Shown: positions 23,265 to 38,580, numbered from the whole stretch's first letter. The stretch is DNA of 62,930 nucleotides, filler included, from Octopus bimaculoides (GCF_001194135.2; 5 parts of 5 records of this genome joined end to end with filler, not necessarily neighbours in it); one strand, 5' to 3'. Made by a program: numbers and translations. Notes: a model not told the origin generated them from the letters alone.

Positions 23265-24487
23265 GTAGTAGTAGTATTGTTGTAGCTAATTAGTATAGTT
23301 AGATTATTAAAAAGTGTTTATTTATATATAATTTTTTCAGTTTTAGTGAATTTTTGTGGACAATAAAATTGATGTAATTGTTGATGTGAGAGAGACACTT
23401 GTTGTTGCAAAACATTATGAAAACCTAAAGAGGTTGTTTGGAATCTCACGGGTGGAGTCATGACAAATTTGGGAAAAATTGCTAAAGAAGCAAAATCACT
23501 TTTTGCACCAATGCCAATTGGGTTGGTATCAGATAAGTGAGTAAAGCAGGGTTTTCTTAAATCTGCTATATCTGATAAGGCTGAGGGCTTATCTTTTCAA
23601 ACATACTGTTCATTCAGTTTGTCGTCTGCATTTCTTTATTATCATCATCATCACCGCCACCACCATCATCATCATCATAATCATCATCATTGTTTTGCTA
23701 CAGTCCTCCTCTTGCATGGAATTTGCGCAGAAAGATTTATCTGTAAACTAAGTCTTTACACTGTGTATAATCTTTCGAATTTCACCCATGTTTCAGTTGT
23801 TGAACTGTGGTCATGCTGGGGCACCCCTTTGATAGGTTTTTGTATTGATTTAGGTGAATATGCTCCGGAATAATCATTTAAAGATGTTTTTTGTTAAATG
23901 TTATTGTTTTTGTTGGATAAAATTTGTTGAAAAAAGCCACAACAATTATGCACCAACCCAGGACATACACTTGCACAAATATACATAGAAAGCATCCAGT
24001 ACATTCTGTAGAGGGGTTGGGGTTAAAAAGGGCATCCAGCTCTAGAAAACATGTCAGAACAGACAATAGATGATGGTACGGTTCCCACTTTTACCAGCTT
24101 CTGTCAAATCGTCCAACCTATGCTAGCATGGAAAGTGGACATTAAATAGTGATGATGATGGGCTTCCTTCAGTTTCCGTCCACTAGATCTACTCACATTG
24201 CTATAACAGAAGATGCATGTCGAAGGTGCCATTCTGTGGGGATGAACCAGGAACCTTGTGGTAGGGAATTAACATCCTTACCATGCAACCATACCTGTGC
24301 CTCTATGGCATGTTTACACCTTTATACCACGTGTGTCTATGTGTGTGTGTGAGTGTGTGTGTGAGCGTGTGTGTGTGTGCATGTGTGTGTGTGTATGTAC
24401 ATGCATGTATGATGGGGGTCTTTTATGCTTTGAAGAAAAGATGTCATTTTTGTCAAAAATTCTTTTAATTAATATATAAATACACAT

Positions 24488-24518
<31 letters not shown>

Positions 24519-24543
24519 TATATATTTATATATTGATACACAA

Positions 24544-24628
<85 letters not shown>

Positions 24629-25311
24629 CTCACACATGCACACACACTCACATACACATATTTACCTCTGAAATACAAAGAAACACGCAAAAAAATAGAA
24701 ATAACAACAACAAAAAAACAGCAAAAAAACCCTCATAAATGTAAATAGCCTTCATTTTTTTTTCTTTTTTTTTGTCCCCCCCCCTTACAGCTTTTCTAAA
24801 TCCATGCAGGTTTAAAAACAACATCAATCGTTAAAGATGATGGATCTCAGTGCAAACTACACAGAATAACACTTTTCTGAATAGAGTTAATTTCGTTCTC
24901 TGTTCACTCTTTGAAAATATGCATTGTTTTCAAGTATGTCTAAAATAGAGCTCTCTCCTTTGTTTATTATTTCTCAATCCCCAGCTTTCTTCATTGTTAG
25001 CTTGTCAGCCATGTTGGACTGTTCTTCTCTTCTTTTTAGTATTTCTTTCATTTTAAATATATATTTGAAGAAGGAAATATATACACACACATATATATAT
25101 ATATACACACACACACATATATATATATACACACACATGTATGTGTATTTCCTTCTTTGTCAGTCTCTTTGTCTCAAAGACTTTGCATATTCCACTTAGA
25201 ACAGATATATGGCATGTTGATGTTAGCTTTAATTAACTTTCATTGCATATATTGTTTGCTTACATTTTGATATCCACCCCACTTATCTGTCTATGAGTGT
25301 GTGTGTACGTA

Positions 25312-25342
<31 letters not shown>

Positions 25343-25379
25343 ATATGTCTCTCTATCTAGCTATCTGTCTGCCTGTCTG

Positions 25380-25410
<31 letters not shown>

Positions 25411-25499
25411 GTATATTTATCTATCTGTCTGTCTGTCTGTCTGTCTCTCTAGATATCCATCCAACCACCCATCCATCCATCCATCCATCCATCTATATA

Positions 25500-25548
<49 letters not shown>

Positions 25549-26028
25549 NNNNNNNNNNNNNNNNNNNNNNNNNNNNNNNNNNNNNNNNNNNNNNNNNNNN
25601 NNNNNNNNNNNNNNNNNNNNNNNNNNNNNNNNNNNNNTATACACACACACACACACGTGTGTGTGTGTGTGTATGCATATATATCTGTATATGTGTGTGT
25701 ATGCATTTATATATGTAGATGCATGTCTGTATATGTATATATATATGTGTGTGTGTGTATACACACACACACACACACACACACATACATGTATCTGTTA
25801 ACTCATTTATCCATTTGTCTCACTTTCTGGCTATTTAATCATTTATTTCTCTCCCTGCATGTCTATCTCTCTATCCATTTAACCAGTTGTCTGTCTGTCT
25901 GTCTGTCTCTCTGTCTACCTCTGTGCATCTATCTGTTTATTTATCTGTCTCTCTATCTTTCTTTCTTTGCATTTACTTCTTCCTTCCTCCCTCCCTTCCT
26001 TCCTGCCCCTCCTCCCTCCCTCCCTCCC

Positions 26029-26128
26029 NNNNNNNNNNNNNNNNNNNNNNNNNNNNNNNNNNNNNNNNNNNNTTAATTAATTAANNNNNNNNNNNNNNNN
26101 NNNNNNNNNNNNNNNNNNNNNNNNNNNN
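26029..26128. other. Assembly spacer N44-TTAATTAATTAA-N44 (also 45874-45973, 56675-56774, 59222-59321)
   Basis: Identical 100-bp construct four times; the 12-mer places stop codons in all six frames. Confidence 0.95.
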
Positions 26129-26140
26129 ACCCCTGTATAT

Positions 26141-26190
<50 letters not shown>

Positions 26191-27928
26191 TGCAGCCTTC
26201 TGGCTTGCCAACCCTCTGTAAAACCATCCAGTCCATGCCAGCATGGAAGGTGGATGTTACATGATGATGATGATGATGATGTAGAGGAATGAATGTAAAA
26301 TTAGACCACAGAGGACAGCCAATGTACACCATGGGGACAGCCAACATACAATTGTGCGTGTGAGAATACTTGCTCTGTCANNNNNNNNNNNNNNNNNNNN
26401 NNNNNNNNNNNNNNNNNNNNNNNNNNNNNNNNNNNNNNNNNNNNNNNNNNNNNNNNNNNNNNNNNNNNNNNNNNNNNNNNATATATGCATATATGTGTGT
26501 GTGTGTGTATGTGTATGTACATATATAAGTATGTGTGTATATATGTGTGTATATATGTGTGTGTGTGTGTGTATAAATGCCTGTTTATCTATAAGTATGT
26601 TTGCTGCAAGTGTCAGTGGAATGAAATAGATTTAAAACTTCTCATTTTAGCATGATTAGAAAAATAAATTTAGGTTTCTGCGTCTATTTTTACTCATATT
26701 GTCACCCTGTTGTCTGCAGCATGCTTGTCATTAATATCCTGAAGCTTGTCCAAAGTGACTATTGCTCCATCACTTTAGCCAATCAGCTTGTTGGAACAGT
26801 TGGCCGTTTATGTATAGCTCTGTGAATGTGTAGATATGCGTCTGTGTGTGTATGTTTGTGCTTGTCAAAAGTGAATATCACTCTTTCGCTACATTTGATA
26901 TATGGTGGTGAATATATTCGATCGTTTTTCTGTTGATATTTTTACTACATTTGTGTGCATATATGCACATGTATGCGAGTGATAACTTTGTTTTACTACA
27001 TACATTTATTTATATGCACATGCTTATATGTATATACACACACACATATATGTACATCCATATCATGTGTATATATATGTGAGTGCATGTCAGTGGAAAT
27101 ACATATATGAGTGTATGACTTTTTGTTTTACTGTTTGTGTGTATGTGTGTCCATACATCTATATGAGTACATAGATCGATGTTTCACTATATGCATGTGT
27201 ATGCACACACACATACACATATGCATTTATGCACAGACTTACATTCATACATATGCACATTTATGTGTGTGGTCCTGTGTTTGTGCATGCATGTGTGAGT
27301 ATGTAGCTCTGCATATTTGCATACATGTAGGATAATATCTCAAAGAATATCAACCTATCACTATAGCCAATCAGATTGTCTTCACAGTAAAAAATTCTAG
27401 GTTTTACGTCTGTATATGTTTGTATGCATGTCTGTCTATATGACTCTTGCTATGAATGTTTCCATGTGACAATACTTCATACATACATGTGTAACTAAAA
27501 CCATGTATGTTATTTTTGCATAAGTATTTGCATAAGTTAATGCCTGTTCACATCACATGTATACTTGTGGATATTAGTACTATTCATGAATGTGCGCAAG
27601 AATTTAATCTAACCTATGCTTGTTGGTATTTATATAAACATATGTATGTGTGTGTGTGTTTGTTTGTAAATATATACATATATATTGTTTGTGTGCATGT
27701 ACATATACAGTAGGCGAGCATGTGAATCATTGCAAATATTCAGTTTGTATTTATGTGAGTGAGTATGTGTGTGTGCATGCGTGTATGTATCATGCACATG
27801 TAAAGTCAATTGTCTGTACATCCTACATTTTAACTCTGTGCCTGCGTTTACTCTGTGTCTGTACATCCTACATAAATTCAGTTTGAGAATCAAGAGATTC
27901 TTTTTCATCTTCCTTCTCTCTCTTCCTG

Positions 27929-27979
<51 letters not shown>

Positions 27980-29297
27980 CTGCATGTGTATAGTACAATA
28001 AGTATTTTTAGATGACAATAACTTACATAGGATGCCTCATGTTTATGGTCATGTATCTTTATATTTTGTCTTTCCAATCTCTACATTTCTATACCATAAA
28101 AGTATACATTTCCCACCTCTGAGAATTATCTTATTCTTCAGCAGAAACTATAGTGTATACTCTATTTTTGTATTATAATGAAGAAACGTATATTTTGGTG
28201 ATGAGATGGGTATGGGAAGAGACATGATGATGATAATGGTGGTGGTGGTGGAAGTGATAGTTGTGTTAGTGTATTACATAACTGAAAGCTATTCACTAAA
28301 TCAATAAATGCAGTATACATGTGCACTGTACTTGTAATGTTACTGCTTTTGTATAAATCCTTTAATTCAAGATACACCATGTTACATGACTATTTGTTAG
28401 ACTTCAGGTCCATGATATTTGTTTTGAAACCCAAAAGGAGAAATTAATATTGATACTTGAAAACTTCACCTTTTCTTTCTTGACTATTCAGAAGCCTTAC
28501 TCCACCATTTTTTTTTAACTAAAGAATCCAGTCTGCTGAGAAACTGGCTTACTTTTTAAGAGCTAAGAACTGCTACAAAGTTTTTAACCCATGGCCTAAA
28601 TACCTAAGATGAGTTCCAGTCAGTATTTGTGATGGATCAGTAGAATCCTTACAGTGTTATCTTTTATCTTTTACTTGTTTCAGTTCTTAGACTTCAGCCA
28701 TGCTGGAGCACCACCTTGGGGGAATGTTTTAGTCAAATAAATCAATGCTAGTACTTAGTTTTTAAAGCCTAGTACTTATTCTATTGGTGTCTTTTGCTGA
28801 ACCACTAAGTTACAGGGAGATAAATACATTAGCACCTGTTGACATGTCAACGATGGTGGATACAAGCTCAAAGACATGCACACACACTTACATACATACA
28901 TACATACTTTTGGTCTCCTACATATATATATAATTATAAACATATAGGGATCAGCAGAAGTTGCTTCACCAACATACTGAAAATTTAGAAATAGCAGTTA
29001 AAATTACTAATTCTAACTACAATTAAGTCTCCAACGGATAGCGACATTCATGGAAGTTTTTTGCATGCTGATCTACTTGGCAAAATTGTTAATTATTAAT
29101 TTATTAATTAATTGACAATTCCCTGCCCTATATATATATATATTAATCAAAGAAATTCCAACTTAGTCTGATTTTCACGCTTTATTATTTGCAAATTTTA
29201 CAGTTTTACAATATTGAAATAATAATCTAGTACTTTCATACATTATGCAAAGTTCAGGTTTATGTAGTGACAGTCATGTTCCGCAATTGACAACTGC

Positions 29298-29331
<34 letters not shown>

Positions 29332-29346
29332 GTATGTATGTATATA

Positions 29347-29810
29347 GTAACAGTATTAATAAAATAAGAGATGGAATGTGTAATAGACTTTATTGGGTAT
29401 TATCTTCCTTTCAACTCCAATTCCTTTTCTTTTTTCTCTTAACAGTTACAACAGCTAAAGCTCATTACATCATTTTCTCTAAACTAGAATGTATACTTTT
29501 CATGTTCATATTTGAATTTTTTGCGTTTCAATGATTTTTCTCCGAGTTTATTCATTCTTGAATTTGATGGACATATAGCCGTACGTAAGCCGACTCAAGA
29601 AATCTCTAGTGAGACTTTTTATTGATGTACCAGAAGAGACCCAGAATGGGTCAAAACATTTGTTGTACCCAATAAAGTCTATTACCCATTCCATCTCTTA
29701 TTTTATTAATACTATTACCCCAACCACCACTACGGAGTTCCTGCAATAAATCTACGGATAACAACAGGTAATCGAAACTGTGCCAATGCTTTGCTCATCA
29801 TTTATTTATA
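29347..29810 (+). mobile_element. Penelope-like terminal-repeat remnant with a 5' inverted segment
   Basis: 29347-29399 is an inverted copy (2 mismatches in 53 bp) of 29666-29718; T-rich spacer; hammerhead fold at 29613-29679 with AATAAA in its 3' strand. Confidence 0.65.
29613..29679 (+). ncRNA. Type I hammerhead ribozyme fold, core-mutated in this copy
   Basis: GACTTTTTATTG-AT-GTAC|CAGAAGA|GACCC(agaat)GGGTC|AAAA C(attt)GT T|GTAC-C-CAATAAAGTC: stems I, II and III all form; core differs from CUGAAGA/GAAA at U4>A (29632) and G12>A (29653). Confidence 0.7.
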
Positions 29811-29849
29811 CATTTTGTACAATTTCTCCATTATATCTACATATATATC

Positions 29850-29886
<37 letters not shown>

Positions 29887-29888
<2 letters not shown>

Positions 29889-30098
29889 ATAAGGGAAATT
29901 ATAGAAAGAACACATCTAGGCAATCAATACAAATTCCAAAGCATAATAAATAAATATACATAACAACAAAATAAATATACATATAAATTTATAAATAAGT
30001 TCACTTATTTATAAATTTATTTCGTTGTGTGGTTTGAATTATGCTTTAGAATTTGTATTGATTGCCTAGATGTGTTTATTCTATAATTTCCCTTAACC
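29887..30098. repeat. Foldback: 61-bp inverted arms enclosing an 18-bp palindrome
   Basis: 29887-29947 vs 30038-30098 (about 4 mismatches); perfect inverted 29983-30000/30003-30020. Confidence 0.85.
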
Positions 30099-33000
30099 TG
30101 CAATTTAGCTCACAATGAGCATTTCTTAATACAGTCCATATGTTTTAAAGTATACTTAAAAACATACTTTATAAGAAAATTTAACTATATANNNNNNNNN
30201 NNNNNNNNNNNNNNNNNNNNNNNNNNNATATATATATATATATATATATACATGACTGACTTCTTTCAGTTTCCATCTATGAAATCCACTCACAAAGCTT
30301 TGGTTAGTGCAAGGCTATATAGTAGAAGATACTTACCCAAGGTGACATGCTGTAGGACTGAACCTAGGACCATGTAACTGGGAAGTAAGCTTCATACTAC
30401 ATACTCACACCTGTTAGGTGAATAGACTTACAGCATTTAATGCCAGTCCTTATTTAATGTCTGTTTTCCATACTGGCATGAGTTGGATGGTTTGACTAGA
30501 TCCAGTTAGTTGCAGGGCTGCTCCAAGTTACAATGTCAGCTTTGGATGGTCTTACACCTGGATGCCCTTCCTAATGCTAACCACATTACAATGTGTACTG
30601 GGTGCTATTCTCATGCCACTGGCACTAGTGAGGTTGCCACATAATGTGCAACACAGAAAAATAACAGGAAAAAATGGAAAGGGGAAAAGACAAAGGCTCT
30701 CACTGTTAAGGGTAGGGGTAGTATTTGAAAGAGGAGCAGACTAGTGTTTGCCATTTGAGATTGTTGTGGTTTAACCCTTAATCAGTCCTGATTAAACAGA
30801 TCTATGATCAAAGACTTCTCATCTGCTTTCCTTGGAAATCTAGGATTATCCAATGTGTCCTTTACTTTTTTAAAATGTAGCATGCAATTTGAATGAGATT
30901 TGCCTGTTATTTCTAATTGACCTAGCTACAACATATAGATCACTTCTTTACTTCATTTTAGTGCCTGTTCACTCTGGCACACTATTGGTTATGAAGACAA
31001 GGGTTCTGATCAATGGAACAGCTTGCTCACAAAATTAACATGCAAGTGGCTGAGCACTCCACAGACACATATACCCTTAAAGTAGTTTTCAGGGAGATTC
31101 AGTGTGACATAGAATGTGACAAGGTTTGTTCCTTGAATTACAACTCATTTTTGCCAGCTGAGTGGACTGGGGCAAAATGAAATTAAGTGTCTTTTTTTAT
31201 GGATACAACACACAGTTGGGAATTGAACTTGCAACCTTACAACTGAGATCTGAATACTCTATCCACTAATCCATGTGCCTTCACTAGTGACCATTAGACT
31301 AGTTCAAAATATCATCATTTTAATTGAGGTCATTTTTGATAAGCATTTGTAACAGTAGTTGTAATGGTCATTAGGCTCCAGGCTAGCAATAATCAAAGAT
31401 GTTCCAACCATCACAATCTAAACATTTTGTATATCAGTACTACATTGTTCAATGTGACCTTCTCTGTTGTCCTTTTCAAGACACAGTGTGTGTTATGAGG
31501 GAGATTTGGCTGTTATTTCTAACAAGTTGAGTGATTAAATAGAGGCTATCTAATAGTGGATGTCTCACTGCTTAACAGTGTGCATTCTACTGTTTTGCCC
31601 AGTTACTATTTTGTTCAATGATTTAGGCTTTTGATGTTAACTACACTTTTTACCTTTTGTCACTTTTGCTATTTTAACTTTGGTCTTTTTGTCAGCAACC
31701 AATTTACTTGTTCCTCATTCAGAACAATGAGATGGAAAAAAACGTTAAAATTTCTAACAACTTTATATATTTATACAAGATTTTTTCTCTCCTCTAAAAA
31801 AAAATAAAAATAAAATAACAATGATATTTAGCTTTCATCTGTCTATCTGATTATCTGTCTTACTTATCAATCGAGCTTACCCCATCTTTATGTGTCTACT
31901 GGCTGTCTTTGTTGATGCTTATCTTGTGGTCATCCAGCTATAACACTGCTATAATTATATTGGCTACAAGACACATTAAAGTCTTGTCTTAACCCAGTGT
32001 CTTTGTAACAAAAGAAATAAACAACAACAAAAAGAATTTGATAGAGATTTTAAATTCTAAAATAAATATCTTCACTTCTCTTTCCAATAAAGCAAGAAAA
32101 ATCTTAATTTCTCAGAAGATTCAGTGACAGATGTCAAGGTTACACACAAAGATTAAACTTTGAATCTGATTGCTATATTTCATATAGCAGCCTTCTTCTA
32201 CATGTACATGCTATTATTCACTTAACATTGTCTATTATTTCAATTCAGTTCTTGTGGCCTTTAAAAAATGTGGAAGTTAAATACTTTAGAAGTCACCTCA
32301 TTGTGCATGACACCACTTTTTAGCTCAGTCTAGTATTTTGAAACAGGTAATTGATCAATATGAACGACTAACTTGTAAAGTGTAATATTTCAAGATATTT
32401 AGTAAGAAAGGCATCAATACTGTCACAAATATGTCATACTATATCTTCTAGCATACAAGTCAAATTCTTCAGATCAAAATTTAAACCAAGACAACTTTGG
32501 AGGATCAAAAATTTCATGTGAAATGAAGCAGGATTTGGAAAGATAGCCATGATGTTTGAATGTTTACACTACTTGTTTATGCTATATACTATATCAACTT
32601 GTATGCTGAAAAATACATCTTTCAAATTAAAGGATATATTAAAACTAGAGAGGTGGGAAAATGTTTATGATTCTCTGGATTTATTATGTGAACAAATGAG
32701 AAGAACACCTATAGATGGACATAGACAAAAGAAACTGTTCTTGTTGCCATTTTTATAACAATGTGATGTGAAGGAATATATATTTTATGTGATGTAAAAG
32801 AATTGATAGAAGATTTCTTTTCTATTGAATGACTAACAGCAAGAACATCCAACTCTTAGCACAAATTCCCTTACAAAATGCAAATTTTAAAATTTGTAGA
32901 GCTATCGCACCTCCCTCTTGCATCAAAAAATAATTGTAAAACATCAAAAATAAAACATATCAGTTCAATTATTTTTTCTTTTTTTTACATAATATTCACT

Positions 33001-36000
33001 GGACACCATCGTTATTTCTACTCAAAGTTCTAACACTAAACACCCTTCCATTCACCCAGATAAATTAATGACCCTATTGTTCCACCTTATCTGCTACCTC
33101 ATATACTCATCACTGAATTTCAGTGATTCTATTGGCCTCTAACCACTTCTTTGACTGCCATTCTTCTCCAAACTGTAGACATTGCTCTCTCATTAAATGT
33201 CTTCTCTTCCTTATGATGAATCCTGCAAGCAAATCAATGAAGTAATTAGGAAGACAAAATTGGACCTTTTTGTAATTTCAATTAAGTCTCTTTGTATCTT
33301 TACTAAATTTAATGGTTTCAGTCTTGAACTTTACAATTGAGATGGCATCAGTACTATCTCACTCACCTGTTTAGTTTCTTTTGTCAACAAGTTATACTGT
33401 CCACTTATTGTTAACCATACATTTATCTTCTTTTATTCTCTCTATCTTCTGGCCATGCTATTGTTTCAGAATTGCCAATTGGTCAATCAGTTTTCTAGAA
33501 ATAGCAATCAGATCTCTCTTAAATAACATCCTACAGTCTCAAAGAACAACAGGGGTAGTGTAGTCTTAGACATTCCATGCAATAAAAAACACACAAGTTT
33601 GCTAGATCAGGCTGACATAGGGCTAACCAGTAACAACAACAGTAACCTTATTCATTGTCCAGTTTTTCCTTCTAATTCATTTACCATGATGTTTATCTCA
33701 CTTTTTCTCCTCCTTTTATTTTCTTTGCTCTATTTCTCCATTCGCCAATACGCCTGTTACATTATATTATGCCATGAGAAGCTCAGTTGGAAATATTAAA
33801 TTTTTATATTGTACACTAAATATACATCAGCTTCAGACTTTTACTGAATTAATTCTTGCTGATACAACCTACCAGTTGTCTATTGGCATTTTAATTATTG
33901 ATTTAGGTAGAGATAGAAAATGTAGAAATAAAAGAGGTAGGGAGACTAAGAGAGTTACAAAAAGAAATGGCTTGAATGAGTGAAAAGCAAACCCATAATA
34001 AGGTGTAGATTCACTCAGGGGCTTTAGTGTCTTATATTGCAAAGCTAATGATACTTGATAAAAAATAAGACAAATGATATTAGAATCAACATAGTGAAAG
34101 TGATTGTGGTAGTGGAGTATGTATAACAATTGACTGAAGTTATTTAACCCCAGATTTGTCCTGACAGACCTAATCTGTCATTAAAAACATTCAAGCCATG
34201 ACAATCACAACCTTCTTCTATGCAATGTATATCTAGGATTTCATTGTCATATTTGTCCTTCCATTTTCAAAATGGTAGGATGCAACTTAAGGGAAATTAG
34301 GCTATTATTTCCAGGAAATAGAATGACCTTGTAGACGTCCCCTTGGTGGCTTGTTGCATGCGAAATAGAAGAGATTAGAGGAGATGTGAAGAATGGTGAA
34401 AGATATTGTACCAGTGGTAGAGTTAAAGGAGGTAGTATGGTTGGTATGATAGAGGGAGTTGGGAGACAACTGAAAATGAGAAGGACATTGACAATGGAAT
34501 CTCAGTGGTAGATAGCAAAAACGAAACAAACACAAAAGGATGCTCTGTATTTTTTCATTATTTTAGGTATGGCAGGTTTCTGATAGCAAATCTTTTCCCT
34601 TTCCTTATCTTTTTCCTTTTCTTTTCTGTTCCCTATTCAAGGTTTGTTCAGAGATTAAAGCTTTTGTCATATAGGCAGTAGATATGACATAATGGTAGTA
34701 GAAAATCTTGAGGCACTGAAGAGATGGTAAAAAGGAGAGAGAGATGGTGTGGTGGTGATGATGATGGTAGTACAAGATAATAAACAAAACAAAACATGGG
34801 ATTGAGGCTTAATATGGATCAATATAAAAATATACATAAAATGTAATTCAGCATTACAAGATAGACATGCATATGTTTTCTTATTCTTCAACATACGAAG
34901 ATTTCATACTTTGCTTGTGTACATACATATATGCCTATATGTAGGTGTATGCATGCATCTTGGTGTGTGTGTATATGTGTATACATACATACATACATAC
35001 ATACATACATACATACAAACACATACATATATATTTGCTTAGCCAGGTGATTAAGCTGTCCACAATTCTGAAAAGGACTACAATGTGTGTAGAATGTAGA
35101 GTGCACACACACACATATATATATTGTGTGTATGTGTGTGGATGCATATGTATACACATGTCTGTGTGTCTATACAGATGACTATCTTTATAGAAGCCTT
35201 ATGTAAGCATGCAGAAAGGCACATGCCTATGCATACAAGCACACTAATTCTTAGAAATACACACATGTAATAGGTTTCATCAGGATGCAAGTGGTTCCTT
35301 ATCCCAAAACTATAAATCTATTTCTTTTCTTCCAAATCTTTCTCTTCTTTCTGCTTATTTTATTTCTCCTTAAGGAAACATCATTTTGTACATTAGTGAA
35401 TTACATTGAATTTCAGGTAAACTATTATGCATACATACACACACATTCTTACACAAGTGCAGACATGTACATATATTTCTTTATCCAAAAGTAGATTTAT
35501 GCACTACTAAAACTCCTATACATATGTATATATATCTTTACAAGAAACAAAATGAGAGCATTTTGTCTCATATTTTTTCCTCTTTTTCTCTCTTCCCTAT
35601 GTATATATAAATTCCAAATTTTGACATAAGGCCAGCAATTTCAGGGAGGAGGCAAATCAATTACATTGACCCCAGTATTCTACTGGTACCTATTTTATTG
35701 ACCCTGGCGGCATTTGAACTTAAAATGTAAAGACAGATGAAATGCTTATAATCTTCTTTTCCATTTTTTACTTTTGGTCTCAGTCATGGTGGGCTACCAC
35801 TTTCAAATGATTTTATTCGGTTATATGTAAGTTAATGTGTATGATACCTCCTTCTAATTCTTGACTGACTATGTTTCTGATTAGCATGTGTATTATCATG
35901 CCAGATCTTTTCATCATCTCATGGACTAGTTACTTATCCTGTCTTTGTATCCTTGATCACACTTTCAATAATGTCATTTTCAATTTCAGTTGCTTGCCCT

Positions 36001-36682
36001 TCTGTAGGATCTACTAGAATTAGATAATATCTCTCTCTTATGCATTATCCTTATTCAATAACCTATTGTAACATCATTTCCATGCCTCTTTCTTCTCAAT
36101 GTCTGTAAGAATTAGTGCCTTGCTATCATTCCACACTTAGTTTCCTATAGCAATGCCTTAATTTAAACCAACACACTACTTTGCAATCTGAAACACTTCA
36201 CATCTGTCATCTGTTCATTACACTTTCAAACTTCATCTGTTTTCTCCCCTTGCTATGTATACCTGTTTAGTTCCTCTTTTTAAGATATTTGACATCACTC
36301 CTTACTCTCATGTTCTTCACATCTTTCTAAGTTTGTTTCATAGCTTTGGCAGCACTATTTGTTGTATTATGCCTCTGTTATATCACATTTTACTGGACTA
36401 GATCCTTGCTCCATCCACACAATTTAATCACCACCTCATCCATATGCACCACATGACAAACCAGCACAGTCCTCTTTTGCATACATGCATGCACACACAC
36501 ACGTATTTGTGTGCACATTGTTTTTTATAAAATTCAACTCAGTCATGCATGCAAATGTAATAACTTGCTGATCACCATAAAATAATATGCTTCAGACATA
36601 CTATCTTATTGTATATTAAGACTGCTGTGCTTCATAATAAATTACTAGAATGCTGGCAATACATACGTGCAAAAAAACATAT

Positions 36683-36715
<33 letters not shown>

Positions 36716-37384
36716 TAGATTTTCTTTTATTTATTGGAAGTGAACTCTTGATTCTTTTGCTAAGTCTGAGTTTTAGGCTTGGTGATCTATTATCTTCTGT
36801 CCACATATATGGCTGCAGTCCAGTGAGTGAAACAAATAAAAAAAACTAAACAAATACAAATAAAAGAATAAAAGAAAAAGAATAAAGTATATACTTGTGT
36901 GCATGTGAATGTTTGTCTCTGTTTAAGTGTGTATGTGTCTGTCTATATACATACACACACGTGTATAGTTTGGTTTTATATTGATATCAAAATATAGAAA
37001 AAATTTGAAATTAGAATCTATAATCTAGAAATATTTCCTTATGTGTACTTCCTGGAGATTTTCCTCTGTAACTGTATTTTGAAAAAACTCAACCCAGGCA
37101 TGTACTTAAAATCCAATAACCTACTGAGAATCATTAAACTAATCCCCCAAGGTGTATTTGTCAGACATGATAACTTTCAGTAGTAAAACTGGTGTGTTTC
37201 ATAATAAAGCACTAGAATGCCATCAATATATATATTGAAGGTGTATAATAAAATTACACACTTTCTACAAAGACAAACAACCTAAAAACACCAGCAAGAG
37301 GAAGTTTGACTGAAATAACCAAGTCAACATATATGTTAAAAACCTTTGCAGCAAGTTCCTCTCTCTATCTTTGTGTGTGTTTGA

Positions 37385-37415
<31 letters not shown>

Positions 37416-38532
37416 TGTACGCATGTATGTTGTGCACATGAATGCATGAATCCTTGCATACTTGACTTGTTATTATGTGTGTGTACATGTATGCATATAT
37501 GTATGTGTTTGTATGTATGAATCTGTGTGTATGTGTTGGTGCATGCATGCATATATGTATGTGTGATTGGTTTTAGATTATTGCAATTCATTTTTGCATA
37601 TTTAATAAAACAAGTCACTGGAATGCCTGTCTAATTATTTCAGTGTTGATCCATATCTGTTTGGTTAACAATGTGTTTGATTAATATAAGAAGGTATCAC
37701 ATATTCATGTTGATCCACATCTAATTGTTAACAATGGATTCGACAAGTATAGAAAGGCAATTTCATATTTGTGCTATGCTAAAGGAAAAAAGAATTATGA
37801 ATTGAGTTTTCGGGTGCACATTTATTTATCTTCAATATGGAAGTGTTTAAGTAAAGTTACTGTTAGTATCAGTGAGAAAAATCGAAGGTTATACTAACAG
37901 AGCCACTATTATAGTTGTGTTTGCAATTTATAGTTTATGTTGATACTTTTAATAACTTAAGAAATAGAGCATATTTTTAGAGCTTTGTACAAAGAGTAGG
38001 TCAGATTAAGTGAGTGGCTATTATGGTTTGATTACATGGTCTATGCTACAGTATTGATTGATGGGGCAATTATTGTAGTGTACATGTATATGAGGTGGAT
38101 GTGTCCATTCCCCAAGGAGGGAAGATGGATTTTTAATTAATTTATCTATTTACTTATTCATTTTATATCAGTTGTGTTTTTTTTATACCCTGTGTTAGAA
38201 ATTATCTTTGTTAATTGTTTTTCTGATATTTACATTATTAATTGTAAATCTATTTTTAAAATTAATTAGTCAATAAAGAAGGGTCAGTACCCATAACCTC
38301 TGTTGACTTTCTTATATTGGGGAGGCTTAAGCTGTTGGTGTTCAGTTCAGGGTTGTCAGATTGGGTTACCAGTAGCAGATTACATGACATTCTGGACTGT
38401 TTGCTATGGCTCTCATTGATTTAGATTTATGATGTTTTAAAATTTTACTTTAAATGTAAGAATTCTATTGAATATCACATCAAATTATCAATTAAGTAAA
38501 TTAGAACTGACTTTGAGTGTGCGTGTGTTTCT

Positions 38533-38580
<48 letters not shown>

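Noticed and set aside
24870-25060. Charged peptide on the minus strand (EILKRREEQSNMADKLTMKKAGD)
   Set aside because: Interrupted by stops, no splice support, and the purine bias explains the composition.
33100-33560. Possible ancient RT relic (STDAISIV..YFIDLLAGF)
   Set aside because: Too degenerate to distinguish from chance.
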